A DNA stretch of 64,000 nt from Candidatus Latescibacterota bacterium (GTDB taxonomy: Bacteria; Latescibacterota; UBA2968; UBA8231), in assembly GCA_029941565.1 (NCBI GenBank), contig JAPYRN010000001.1:97255-161254 (forward strand), written 5' to 3'. The translations under genes and the position numbers were made by a program. Position 1 is the first letter of the stretch, and each line of letters opens with the position of its first letter. The notes below the pieces were generated by a model, which saw nothing but the letters and a program-made list of their open reading frames with translations, had not been told where the DNA came from and ran no database searches. Positions 38,249 to 48,004 of this stretch are shown one piece after another.

Positions 38249-38970
38249 GCGACGCCACCGTGCGCTACAGCGACCTGCGCCCACACCAGTTCAGGGCCCG
38301 TCTCGCCGAGCGCCCCGTCGCCTACCTGCCGCTGGGCACCCTGGAATGGCACGGAGAACACCTGCCCCTCGGTGCAGACGCCATCATCAGCGAGGGACTG
38401 ATGTGCGAATGCGCCAGTCGCTTCGGCGGCATCGTCATGCCCCCCATACACCTCGGCCCCGACCGCGCGACGCTACAGTCCGATGGCGGACTCCTTGTCG
38501 GTATGGACACGGCGGAAGGCGTCACCGATCCGCACCGACAACTCGATGGCAGCTGCTACTGGCTCAGCCAGGGGCTGTTCCTGCAACTCGTTGACGCCAT
38601 ACTGGCACAATTGAAGCGTGCCGGATTCCGTGCCGTCTTCGCCGATGGCCACGGTCCATCTCGCAGTTCGTGGGTCGCCAATCTGCCCGAGCGGGAACAA
38701 CGTTTTGGCATGAACCTTCTTGGTGTTACCGCTGAGGTGCGCCAACATTGGCGCAGCCAGATGGATCACGCCGCCCGTAATGAGACGTCGCTGGTCATGG
38801 CGCTGCGCCCGAAGCTGGCCGATCTGGGGCAGTTGGACGAGGACCGCAGCGTGTGGCCTCAGGGCGTCGGTGGACAGGACCCCCGCGATGCCAGCGCTGA
38901 CGAGGGCCGCCAATTGCTTGATGCCTCCATCCCGATTGTCGGCCGTCTGCTCGACGCTGCCGGCGTATAA
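38245..38970 (+). CDS. creatininase family protein
   Basis: LPLGTLEWHGEHLPLGAD motif; 241 aa. Confidence 0.6.
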   Translation: MSDATVRYSDLRPHQFRARLAERPVAYLPLGTLEWHGEHLPLGADAIISEGLMCECASRFGGIVMPPIHLGPDRATLQSDGGLLVGMDTAEGVTDPHRQLDGSCYWLSQGLFLQLVDAILAQLKRAGFRAVFADGHGPSRSSWVANLPEREQRFGMNLLGVTAEVRQHWRSQMDHAARNETSLVMALRPKLADLGQLDEDRSVWPQGVGGQDPRDASADEGRQLLDASIPIVGRLLDAAGV

Positions 38971-38980
38971 AGGAGATTCG

Positions 38981-39766
38981 ATGACCGTTCAAATGCATGA
39001 GATGACTCGTGAGCAGATCAAGGCCATCGCCCCCACGGCGATCGCTGTGCTCTGCACCGCCGCCACCGAGCAGCACGGGCCACACATGGCGGTAGGTACC
39101 GACACGCTGCTGGTGAGTACTGTCGCCGAGCGTGCAGCACTGGCGGCGGCTGATACCGTGCCGGTGGTGATCACGCCGCCGCTGGCTTTCGGAAGCTCGC
39201 ATCATCACTATCCCTTTGGCGGCACGATCTCGCTGACGAGTCAGACCTTTGCGGGTGTTGTCGTGGAAGTTCTCGAGGGTTTGGTGCGCACCGGTTTCCG
39301 CCATCTCGTCGTGCTCAACGGTCACGGTGGCAACAAAGATCTGGTCGGCATGGCCAGCCAGGATCTCGTCAACCGTCTCGACTTTCCGGCGACCGTCGCC
39401 TCCGCCAACTACTGGGATATCGCCAAACCGGCTATGGTCGAAGCAGGTCTGCTGCCAGCACCGAGAATCCCAGGACATGCCGGTCACTTCGAGACCTCCG
39501 CCATTCTCTCGTTGCGCCCCGATTGGGTCGACGAGACCGCACGCGCTGGCGTACGGGACATGGAGGGTGAAGGCTCCGGCCTCGATGTCGATCTCACGGG
39601 CGCCGTCGTGCAGACCTACGGCGCCTGGGGCAAGGGCCCGGGCCACACCGACAATCCTGCCGCCGCCACCGCCGAGTTGGGGGAAAAATTGCTCGACATC
39701 GCCGCCACTGAAGTCGCCCGTTTCCTGCGCGACTTCAGCAAGGTTCCCGGCCCGGTCACCGATTGA
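38981..39766 (+). CDS. creatininase family protein (second tandem paralog)
   Basis: Start at ATG 38981 with AAAGGAG RBS. TEQHGPHMAVGTD and VLNGHGGNKDL motifs. Confidence 0.65.
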   Translation: MTVQMHEMTREQIKAIAPTAIAVLCTAATEQHGPHMAVGTDTLLVSTVAERAALAAADTVPVVITPPLAFGSSHHHYPFGGTISLTSQTFAGVVVEVLEGLVRTGFRHLVVLNGHGGNKDLVGMASQDLVNRLDFPATVASANYWDIAKPAMVEAGLLPAPRIPGHAGHFETSAILSLRPDWVDETARAGVRDMEGEGSGLDVDLTGAVVQTYGAWGKGPGHTDNPAAATAELGEKLLDIAATEVARFLRDFSKVPGPVTD

Positions 39767-41043
39767 CTATGGAACGGGACACCGCTTTTGAAATGGCCGC
39801 CTCCGCCATTCGTTTTGGCGCCGGCATCACAGCAGAAGTCGGCATGGATCTGGCCGACATGGGTCTGGGTCGCGTCCTCGTCGTCACCGACGCCAACCTC
39901 GCCGCGCTACCACCGGTCGCCGTAGTCCGTCAATCACTCGACGACGCCGGTGTCAGCCACGACCTCTACGATGGCGTCCATGTGGAGCCCACCGACGCTT
40001 CCTTCAAGGACGCCATCCGGATCGCCACCGAGGGCGACTACGAAGGGTACGTCGCCGTCGGCGGCGGCTCCAGCATCGATACGGCAAAAGCGGCCAATCT
40101 GTACGCCTCGCACCCACCGGCGGACTTCCTCGACTACGTCAACGCCCCTATCGGCAAAGGACTGCCCGCTCCCGGACCACTCAAACCACTGATCGCCATC
40201 CCGACCACGGCGGGAACGGGCTCGGAGACGACGGGTGTCGCCATCTTTGATTTTGTGGAGATGAAGGCGAAAACCGGTATCGCCCATCGTCGCCTGAAGC
40301 CGACACTGGGACTCATCGATCCCGACAATACGAAAAGCCTGCCACCGGCGGTGGCTGCCTCGACCGGACTCGATGTGCTCAGCCACGCCCTGGAATCGTA
40401 TACCGCAATTCCCTTCGACCAGCGACCACGCCCCGAGCGTCCGATCCTGCGACCCTCCTACCAGGGCTCCAATCCGATCTCGGATCTGTGGGCACTTGAA
40501 GCGCTGCGTATGATGGCCCAGTATCTACCCCGCGCCGTCGCCGGCGATGACGAGGCCCGCGGTCAGATGCTGCTGGCGGCAGCCTTTGCCGGCATCGGCT
40601 TCGGCAACGCCGGCGTCCATCTCCCCCATGGCATGTCCTATCCCGTCGCCGGCATGGTGCGCCACTACATGCCCCCTGGTTATGACGTCGATCACGCCAT
40701 GGTGCCACACGGCAACGCCGTCATCGTCAATGCCCCCGCCGTCTTTCGTTTCACCGCTGAGGCCAACCCACAACGACACCTGCACGCCGCCGGCATCCTT
40801 GGCGCGGATCTATCCTCGGCGACCCCGGAGGATGCAGGCAAGGTGTTGGCCGATACGATCATCGACTTCATGCGGCGACTCGATGTGCCGAATGGACTGC
40901 AGGCACTGGGCTACACCGCCGATGACATTCCCGCCTTGGTGGAAGGCACGCTACCGCAGCATCGGGTGACGAAGTTGTCGCCACGGGCAGCCGAGGCCCA
41001 GGAGTTGACCGCCCTGTTCGAGGATGCGATGCACTACTGGTAG
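39763..41043 (+). CDS. iron-containing alcohol dehydrogenase family protein
   Basis: VAVGGGSSIDTAKAANL (GGGSxxD) and downstream His metal ligands; 426 aa. Confidence 0.75.
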   Translation: MTMERDTAFEMAASAIRFGAGITAEVGMDLADMGLGRVLVVTDANLAALPPVAVVRQSLDDAGVSHDLYDGVHVEPTDASFKDAIRIATEGDYEGYVAVGGGSSIDTAKAANLYASHPPADFLDYVNAPIGKGLPAPGPLKPLIAIPTTAGTGSETTGVAIFDFVEMKAKTGIAHRRLKPTLGLIDPDNTKSLPPAVAASTGLDVLSHALESYTAIPFDQRPRPERPILRPSYQGSNPISDLWALEALRMMAQYLPRAVAGDDEARGQMLLAAAFAGIGFGNAGVHLPHGMSYPVAGMVRHYMPPGYDVDHAMVPHGNAVIVNAPAVFRFTAEANPQRHLHAAGILGADLSSATPEDAGKVLADTIIDFMRRLDVPNGLQALGYTADDIPALVEGTLPQHRVTKLSPRAAEAQELTALFEDAMHYW

Positions 41044-41093
41044 CAGACAACTCCGCCTCGACCACGGATCAAAATTCCCCAAAGGAGCAGATC

Positions 41094-42107
41094 ATGTACA
41101 TCGGAACACAGGGCAGATTCGCCGAAGATCACGATCTGGAGATGCTCGCACAGCTTGGCGTGAACAATATCGACACGACGCCCAGCGAGCCCCTCAGCGA
41201 ATGGACCACAGAACTGCTGACCAGTTATCGCGAACGCTGCGCCAAATACGGGATCGACCTCGAGATGATGCACCTGATCGGCTCGGGGAGTGCCCTCAAG
41301 GACGAGGCGACGGGTGCCATCTTTCTGCAACCCAGTGATGCGCGTCAGCGCCAACTCGACCTGGTCTGCGACGTGATTCGTATGGCGGGACAAGCGGGGC
41401 TTCGCGGCTTCAACTACAACATCACCATCCTCGGCCATCTGCGCACCGAATCAACGACGGGCCGCGGTGGCGCCCGCCTGTCGACTTTCGACTACGAAGA
41501 ACTGATCACGAAGGGCAGTCCGCGAGAGAAAGGGGCGACGGGTTCCTCGGAGTTCGAGGATGGCCCTGCCGACGCCGACGAAATGTGGGAGCGGATCGAC
41601 TACTGGTTGAAGCGGGTGATTCCCGTAGCCGAAGAATACAATGTCCAGCTGGCATGCCATCCTTCCGACCCGGGGATCGGTATGGGCAACACCTACCGAG
41701 GCGTCGATCGGGTGCTGGGGATGTCGGAAGGCTTCAAGAAACTGATCAGCCTGTACGACAGTCCCTGCAATGGTCTGAACTTCTGCGTCGGTTGCATGTC
41801 GGAGTGTCTGGAAAACCCGGCGGAAGAGGTGTATGATGTCATCCGCTACTTCGGCGAGCGCAAGAAGATCTTCAACATCCACTACCGGAACATCAAAGGC
41901 GGTCTGCGCAAATTTGTCGAGGTCTTCCCCGACGAGGGGGATGTGGACATGATCAAAGTCCTACGCACGCTGAAAGAGGTCGACTATCCGTACATGATCA
42001 TGCCAGATCACGTACCGGGGATCTCCGGTCCGGAACCGGGTCGCGTCGGCTACGCTTATGTCTTTGGCTACATCCACGCAGCCTTGGCTGCGGTCAACTC
42101 GAACTGA
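41094..42107 (+). CDS. mannonate dehydratase (UxuA) family protein
   Basis: Collinear with UxuA: VIPVAEEYNVQLACHPSDPG ... FCVGCMSE ... IFNIHYRNIKG ... MIMPDHVP. Confidence 0.55.
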   Translation: MYIGTQGRFAEDHDLEMLAQLGVNNIDTTPSEPLSEWTTELLTSYRERCAKYGIDLEMMHLIGSGSALKDEATGAIFLQPSDARQRQLDLVCDVIRMAGQAGLRGFNYNITILGHLRTESTTGRGGARLSTFDYEELITKGSPREKGATGSSEFEDGPADADEMWERIDYWLKRVIPVAEEYNVQLACHPSDPGIGMGNTYRGVDRVLGMSEGFKKLISLYDSPCNGLNFCVGCMSECLENPAEEVYDVIRYFGERKKIFNIHYRNIKGGLRKFVEVFPDEGDVDMIKVLRTLKEVDYPYMIMPDHVPGISGPEPGRVGYAYVFGYIHAALAAVNSN

Positions 42108-43224
42108 GTAAACGCGCTCGACCTGCGATCAGATCATCGAACAATTTATCGAAGAGATCGCGATCCACCGGTAGGCGGATCACCTCGCGTCGGATACCAG
42201 CCAGCAGGATGGCACAGATCAATTCCGTCGTCACTCGGGCACTGCGGCCGTCGGTGATGGGTATGCCACCATCGAGGGCGGCGTCGATAAAGCTGTCGAG
42301 TAGACTCGGCGACGCCACCTGGCCACAGTCGACATCTTCCCACGCGGGCACCGCACGACCGGTGAGGGCGGCGTCCTTACGACCGATCAATTCCGTCAGA
42401 GGCCGCTCGTAGCGACCGATGCGGAACACCTCGGGTCTGTCCGGCACGTTGGCATTGCGCTCATCCTGCCACAGGATACTGCCACTCTCCCCGGCGATCT
42501 GTCGGTAGTTGAGGCATCGGTCCCAGGTGCTGAATTGTAGACTCGCCAGTGCGCCGGAGGCGAAACGGACCGTCGCCACAGCTGTGTCCTCCACCTCATG
42601 ACGGTGTCCGCGATTCATGAGAGTCGCCGAGACCTCCTCTGGGGGGCCCAGGAGCCAGCAGAGCAGATCGATATCATGACTGGCCTGGTTCAATAACACG
42701 CCCCCACCGGCATGGGCCCAACTGCTGCGCCACGGATCACGGTCGTAGTAGGATTCGGGGCGGGTTTCCAGCCACTGCCAGACGACGCGTTGCACCTGAC
42801 CGATGGCGCCGCTGTCGATGATCTGCTTGAGCCGGTGGTTTCCCGCATACGTGCGATACTGATGTCCCACGGCCAACACCCGCTGCGCCCGATCGGCGGC
42901 CTCCACCATACGGTCTGCATCGCTGATGCGGATGGCGATCGGCTTCTCGACATAGACGTGCAGGCCCCGCTCGAGTGCAGCCAGCGACATCGGCGCATGC
43001 AGGTAATGGGGAGTGGCGATGATGACCGCGTCGAGTCCATCCACGTCATCGAGAAGTTCGTCGAGGCTGGCACAGACACGAGCATCGACCGCATCGACCA
43101 GGGCGCTGGCGGCGGTGGTGTCGATGTCGGCGACGGCGACGAGATTTGCCCGAGCGTGCCTGGTGAGTGCCTGCACATGGCCACGTCCGACCCCTCGAAC
43201 TCCGACGACTGCAGTCTTGAGCAT
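42094..43224 (-). CDS. Gfo/Idh/MocA family oxidoreductase
   Basis: MLKTAVVGVRGVGRGHVQAL N-terminal Rossmann; 376 aa. Confidence 0.7.
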   Translation of the reverse strand: MLKTAVVGVRGVGRGHVQALTRHARANLVAVADIDTTAASALVDAVDARVCASLDELLDDVDGLDAVIIATPHYLHAPMSLAALERGLHVYVEKPIAIRISDADRMVEAADRAQRVLAVGHQYRTYAGNHRLKQIIDSGAIGQVQRVVWQWLETRPESYYDRDPWRSSWAHAGGGVLLNQASHDIDLLCWLLGPPEEVSATLMNRGHRHEVEDTAVATVRFASGALASLQFSTWDRCLNYRQIAGESGSILWQDERNANVPDRPEVFRIGRYERPLTELIGRKDAALTGRAVPAWEDVDCGQVASPSLLDSFIDAALDGGIPITDGRSARVTTELICAILLAGIRREVIRLPVDRDLFDKLFDDLIAGRARLLSSS

Positions 43225-43263
43225 TGGGCTATCTCAGGTAAAGGGCGAAACACCTCGTGTCGA

Positions 43264-44394
43264 TCATCTGGGCACGTAGACGGGTTCACGTTCGAGGGTG
43301 ACACCGAAGGTTGTCTCGACGGTGGTGACGATCTCGGCCGCCAGTCCGAGCAGGTCTGCCGCCGAGTCACCGTGGTTGACGAGGGCGAGGGCGTGGTTCT
43401 GCGAAATTCCTGCACTTCCTCGACGTGTACCCCGGGCAAATCCCGAGCGCTCCACGAGCCAGGCGGCGGCAACCTTGTATCCTTGCACGTTGGCAAACGT
43501 GGGAATATCGGTGGCCTCTCCGCCCTGATCTTCCCAACGCTCCTGCAGTGATTCCAATTGTACCTCTGACAACGTCGGATTGAGGAAGAACGAGCCCGCC
43601 GAACGCGTGTTGGCGTCGCCTTCGTCAAGCACCATTGACTTGCTGCGACGCACGGCGATAACCGCATCTCGCACAGCGCCGGAAGCCACCCGGCCGGGGG
43701 CAAGTGCCTGCAGATCGACACCATCCACCTGCAGACGACGGGTCAGTTCCGGGTAGCGGATCTCGGGGCGAGATCGAGACAAGCGGTAAGTGACCCGGGT
43801 GATGATGTAGCGGTCACGATCCGCCCCCTTGAAGCGACTCGTGCGATAAGCGAAATCGCAGTCGACATTGCTGAAGGTGACCTCTTCGAGCGTGCTTCGT
43901 TCGAGAGTTCGGACCTCGACGATGGAGTCCGCCACCTGCTGACCGTAGGCACCCACATTCTGAATCGGCGTCGCCCCCACCAGACCGGGGATCCCGGAGA
44001 GGCATTCGATACCGGACAGATCATCAGCCACGCAGTGAGCGACCAGACCGTCCCAGTCTTCACCGGCGCCGGCGGTGACGAGGGCTGCCTCATCTGCCCG
44101 GAGGATGTCGACACCCTGAAGCCCGACGTGCAGGACGAGACCGTCGAAGCCGGCGTCATCGAACAGGGTGTTGCTCCCACCCCCCAGCACATGCACGGAG
44201 ACACCACGCTCCGCCGCCCACACCAGTGCCTCCCGCAGGTCCCCGTTACTGGTGCAGCGTGCCAGATAACGGGCGGGTCCCCCGAGACGCAGACTGGTCA
44301 GCGGCGCCAGTGGCTGATCTTGTTCGATATTCACCGGCTCGCAATCCCTTGTGAACGTGCTGCCCCGGCGGTAGGTTTCCGGGACGTCTCTCAC
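43264..44394 (-). CDS. murB: UDP-N-acetylmuramate dehydrogenase
   Basis: FAD-binding N-terminus SLRLGGPARYLARCTSNGDLREALVWAAERGVSVHVLGGGSNTLF; 376 aa. Confidence 0.75.
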   Translation of the reverse strand: MRDVPETYRRGSTFTRDCEPVNIEQDQPLAPLTSLRLGGPARYLARCTSNGDLREALVWAAERGVSVHVLGGGSNTLFDDAGFDGLVLHVGLQGVDILRADEAALVTAGAGEDWDGLVAHCVADDLSGIECLSGIPGLVGATPIQNVGAYGQQVADSIVEVRTLERSTLEEVTFSNVDCDFAYRTSRFKGADRDRYIITRVTYRLSRSRPEIRYPELTRRLQVDGVDLQALAPGRVASGAVRDAVIAVRRSKSMVLDEGDANTRSAGSFFLNPTLSEVQLESLQERWEDQGGEATDIPTFANVQGYKVAAAWLVERSGFARGTRRGSAGISQNHALALVNHGDSAADLLGLAAEIVTTVETTFGVTLEREPVYVPR

Positions 44395-44410
44395 CGAACT
44401 ATACGAGGAG

Positions 44411-45778
44411 TTGTCGATCGCCGCAGGTCACAGATGGCGATTCCCCTTCCCTCTCTGCGCGGGTGCGACGACATTGCGTACCGATATCCCTGAAGCGAGC
44501 CGCACCGATGCCGCAGTGCGCGATGCCGAGACCGTGCTGCGCACCTGCGTACACTGTGGCTTCTGCAATGCCACCTGTCCGACCTATCTGCTCACTGGCA
44601 ACGAGTTGGAAGGTCCACGGGGGCGCATCTATCTGCTGAAGAATCTGCTCGAGGGCAGCATCGACGCCTCGTCGGCGACGGCGCAACACATCGACAACTG
44701 CCTCGGTTGTCTGTCGTGTGAGACGACCTGCCCCAGCGGCGTCGACTACTCGAGACTGCTCGACCACGGTCGCCCGCTGCTGGAGCGTCTGCACAAACGC
44801 AGCTGGTTCGATCGCTGGCAGCGCAACCTGCTCACCCGGCTGCTGCCTGACGCGGCGCGCTTTCGCAAGGCTCTGCGAATCGGCGTTCTCGCCCGTCCGT
44901 TGATAGGATTGCTGCCACGACGGCTGCGCCGACTTGCCAGCATGGTGCCTGAGCGCATGCCGGCGACGGCACGACTCTCGAGCCATGGCGTATTCCCTGC
45001 CGTGGGACATCGTCGCCTGCGCCTGGCCCTGCTTACGGGCTGCGCTCAGTCCGTCGTCGGCACCTCAATCAACGATGCCGCCATCCGCGTACTGACCCGT
45101 CACGGCGCCGATGTCATCGTCGGGAAGAGCGTCACCTGCTGCGGCGCCTTGCCCTACCACATGGGCGAACGAGACCACAGCAGGCGCCACATGGAGAGCG
45201 CCGTTGATAGCTGGCACGAGCAGCTGGAACAGGGCGTCGATGCCATCGTCTCAACGACCTCAGGCTGCACGACGGCGATACGGGAGTATGGCCATATATT
45301 CGCCGGCACATCGCGCGCTGCTGCCGCCACCCGCGTCAGCGACTGCACGCGCGATATCTCGCAGGTGCTGACCGAACTCGGGTTCGGCGGCACGATCGAC
45401 CTGCCACAGCTGCAGGTCGCCTATCATGACGCCTGCTCCCTGCAGCACGGCCTGGGTGTAACCGACGAACCGCGGCAACTGTTGCGCCATGCCGGTTTCG
45501 AGATTCTCGAGGTCCCTGAAGGGCATATCTGCTGTGGCAGCGCCGGCACCTACAACATGCTCCAGCCCCACCTGGCCGATGCTCTCAAGCAGCGCAAGGT
45601 TCAACACATCGAGAGTCTGCGGCCAGACATTGTCGCCGCCGGCAATATCGGCTGTATCGAGCAGATTGCCGCCGCCACGACAGTGCCCGTGATCCACACC
45701 GTCGAGTTGCTCGATTGGGCGACGGGCGGTCCCAGACCCGCCTCTCTGGCCATCAGCCAACGGGAGGATCGCTGGTGA
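44411..45778 (+). CDS. glcF: glycolate oxidase iron-sulfur subunit GlcF-like (Fe-S oxidoreductase)
   Basis: CVHCGFCNATCPTY and CLGCLSCETTCPSGV ferredoxin-type clusters plus two CCG domains, collinear with E. coli GlcF. Confidence 0.7.
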   Translation: MSIAAGHRWRFPFPLCAGATTLRTDIPEASRTDAAVRDAETVLRTCVHCGFCNATCPTYLLTGNELEGPRGRIYLLKNLLEGSIDASSATAQHIDNCLGCLSCETTCPSGVDYSRLLDHGRPLLERLHKRSWFDRWQRNLLTRLLPDAARFRKALRIGVLARPLIGLLPRRLRRLASMVPERMPATARLSSHGVFPAVGHRRLRLALLTGCAQSVVGTSINDAAIRVLTRHGADVIVGKSVTCCGALPYHMGERDHSRRHMESAVDSWHEQLEQGVDAIVSTTSGCTTAIREYGHIFAGTSRAAAATRVSDCTRDISQVLTELGFGGTIDLPQLQVAYHDACSLQHGLGVTDEPRQLLRHAGFEILEVPEGHICCGSAGTYNMLQPHLADALKQRKVQHIESLRPDIVAAGNIGCIEQIAAATTVPVIHTVELLDWATGGPRPASLAISQREDRW

Positions 45779-46749
45779 AACGACTGTGTTCCCACGTAGC
45801 CCTCGCTGGCCTTTTGCTCGCGCTCCCCACCGCCCTGCATCTGGGACGCTGGTCTCATCACCCTATCGGTGTCGATGCCGTTTCGGCGGTGACCCCCGGC
45901 TACGTCGCCGTCGTTGGCATCGGCACGACCTCCGGTCCGGGTGCCCCGGCATCACCGACGATCGAGGATCTCGTGCGCGGCGCTTTTTACCTATCGGGGG
46001 GACTACATAGAGCAATCGACCCATCCGCCCGACAAGTGCTGGTGCGGCCTGGACACACGCCGATGAAAGCAGGCGCCCTGGCTCAGCATCTGGAGGTGGT
46101 TCGCGCCATCGTTCTGCTATTGCACGACATCGCTCCGGAGGCGCAAATCTCGCTCCTTGTGGGGGGGGTCTCAGGATCAGGCGGAACAGCGCCTGAGGGC
46201 TTGATCGCAGGCCTACAGGCGCTGATCGCGACGGAGAGCTTCACATCGATGGGGGTCCACCTGTTGGCTCTGGAACAGGAGGAGGTCGAAACCATCGAAG
46301 TACCTGATGGTGGGGAGGTAGCGGACCTGTACCCTATGCCCATCTCGTTGCTTGAGTGCGACGCCGTGATCAATGTCGCGCGCTATCAGGACGGGTTGAG
46401 TGGTCTGAAAAATCTGCGGGGGTTGGTTGCCCCACCGGCGGGGGACGTCGACGAAGACCATGCCGGGCGCCTCGTTGATCTGGCCCTGCTCGTGGAGGTG
46501 GAGTATACGGTCCTCGACCTGCTCGGAGACGAACATCCTCTGCACCCTCTCATCCTGGCCAGCGATGATGGCATCGCCGTGGACCGCCTCGCCGGAGCCC
46601 TCGCTGGTATTTTCGCAGCACCAGAAGCACTGCAACGTGCGGGCAGTCGTCAGCTGGGGATGTCGACTCTGCGTGGCATCAAAGCGACCGGTCTCGACGC
46701 ACCGGGCACGTGGAGACCCGAGCCCGAAAGCAAACCGCAGGAAGAGTGA
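45775..46749 (+). CDS. hypothetical secreted protein (DUF362-like)
   Basis: GTG start overlapping the glcF stop (GTGA). N-terminal hydrophobic signal. Weak resemblance to DUF362 only. Confidence 0.35.
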   Translation: MKRLCSHVALAGLLLALPTALHLGRWSHHPIGVDAVSAVTPGYVAVVGIGTTSGPGAPASPTIEDLVRGAFYLSGGLHRAIDPSARQVLVRPGHTPMKAGALAQHLEVVRAIVLLLHDIAPEAQISLLVGGVSGSGGTAPEGLIAGLQALIATESFTSMGVHLLALEQEEVETIEVPDGGEVADLYPMPISLLECDAVINVARYQDGLSGLKNLRGLVAPPAGDVDEDHAGRLVDLALLVEVEYTVLDLLGDEHPLHPLILASDDGIAVDRLAGALAGIFAAPEALQRAGSRQLGMSTLRGIKATGLDAPGTWRPEPESKPQEE

Positions 46750-46751
46750 GC

Positions 46752-47423
46752 TCAGCCCTGCTTGCGGGCTTTCCATTTGGCGAAGGAAAAGCCGTCGGAG
46801 TGTATGAAGCCGTGGATTTCGGCTTCCATCTTACGTACTCCCGCCGCCGCTGTAGCGACTGCCGCGGCTTGGGCCACCGGGATCCGCACACAGCCGTCAG
46901 CATCGGCAAACATCAGGTCCCCCGTGTGCACCCGCAGTTGACCCACCGTCGTCGACTCACCAAAACGCAGGATGGAAAAGACCCCGTGGCCGGGTACGGT
47001 GCCCCACGCCCAGATCGGCAGACCGACACGCTCGATGCCGGGCACGTCGCGCACCGTACCATCGATGACGGCACCGACGACACCTAACCGCTGGTGCAAC
47101 CCAGCCATGCCATCGCCAAAACTGGCACCGCGTCCGGGGCGGGAGTCGACATCCTTCATCACAGCCAGCAGCGGCCCCTCCAGCCCATTGAGCCATTCGT
47201 AATAATCATCCCATGGCAACTGCGATGAGTCCGGGTCATTGGTCGTAATCTCGGCGGTCACCACATACCCCAGAGCCGACCCCAGCCCGGGGAGCAGTGA
47301 GCGGATCGTATAGTCCGTGTACTCCTCGTTGGGCAACCCATTGAGTTCTACGAGCGCATTGAAGAGCGTGGGTGAATCGAACTGTTCCAGTTCTTCCAGC
47401 ACAGCGGGTTCGACGCGTTCCAT
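46752..47423 (-). CDS. RraA family protein (RraA/HMG-CHA aldolase-like)
   Basis: VPGHGVFSILRFGESTTVGQLRVHTGDLMFADADGCVRIP matches the RraA-like fold signature; 223 aa. Confidence 0.6.
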   Translation of the reverse strand: MERVEPAVLEELEQFDSPTLFNALVELNGLPNEEYTDYTIRSLLPGLGSALGYVVTAEITTNDPDSSQLPWDDYYEWLNGLEGPLLAVMKDVDSRPGRGASFGDGMAGLHQRLGVVGAVIDGTVRDVPGIERVGLPIWAWGTVPGHGVFSILRFGESTTVGQLRVHTGDLMFADADGCVRIPVAQAAAVATAAAGVRKMEAEIHGFIHSDGFSFAKWKARKQG

Positions 47424-47443
47424 TAAAGTCTATCTCCGGGGCT

Positions 47444-48004
47444 TTAGAGTACCATCTCCACGAGGCCGAGGCTCTTCTTGTCCAATATACCCAGGTCGGG
47501 GATTTCGAATCGGTTGCCATCCACATCAACCAGCAACAATCGATGATCGCCCAACCACTGGGCATTTTCGGCGACATTCTGCACAACAAACTCACGACGA
47601 CCTCGGTTCGATTCCACGTCCCAGTACGACGTGCCGAACTCGTTGCGAATCGACAACACCGACTCGATCGTCGATGTCAGGTACCGACGGTCCAACTCCT
47701 GCTGCACGATGCCCCGCATCTCGTCATCCATCTGTTTCATATCTGGGATCATGCACACCTCCACGTCCTTGGCGTCGAGGAGACAGATGTAGCGAGATGG
47801 ATGAGACAACGGCGCGGCGCGCACGACCTTGACATGGATGTAAGAGCGGTCCCCTTCGATAGTGAGTCGCAACTTCCACTCCGGCTCACGATAGAGTCGT
47901 ACCTTGCGGATGTCGACATTCTCTGGATGGGTAACGGTGATCGGCGTTGGTGTGTGCTTCTTCACGTCGCCGTTGCTACTGGCTTTGGCTTGTTCGTCGG
48001 TCAC
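47444..48004 (-). CDS. DUF1854 domain protein
   Basis: C-terminal 150 aa read [75 protein letters not shown]...[18 protein letters not shown]...[26 protein letters not shown], matching the DUF1854 consensus. GTG start overlaps the stop of the upstream ABC remnant (GTGA). Confidence 0.55.
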   Translation of the reverse strand: MTDEQAKASSNGDVKKHTPTPITVTHPENVDIRKVRLYREPEWKLRLTIEGDRSYIHVKVVRAAPLSHPSRYICLLDAKDVEVCMIPDMKQMDDEMRGIVQQELDRRYLTSTIESVLSIRNEFGTSYWDVESNRGRREFVVQNVAENAQWLGDHRLLLVDVDGNRFEIPDLGILDKKSLGLVEMVL

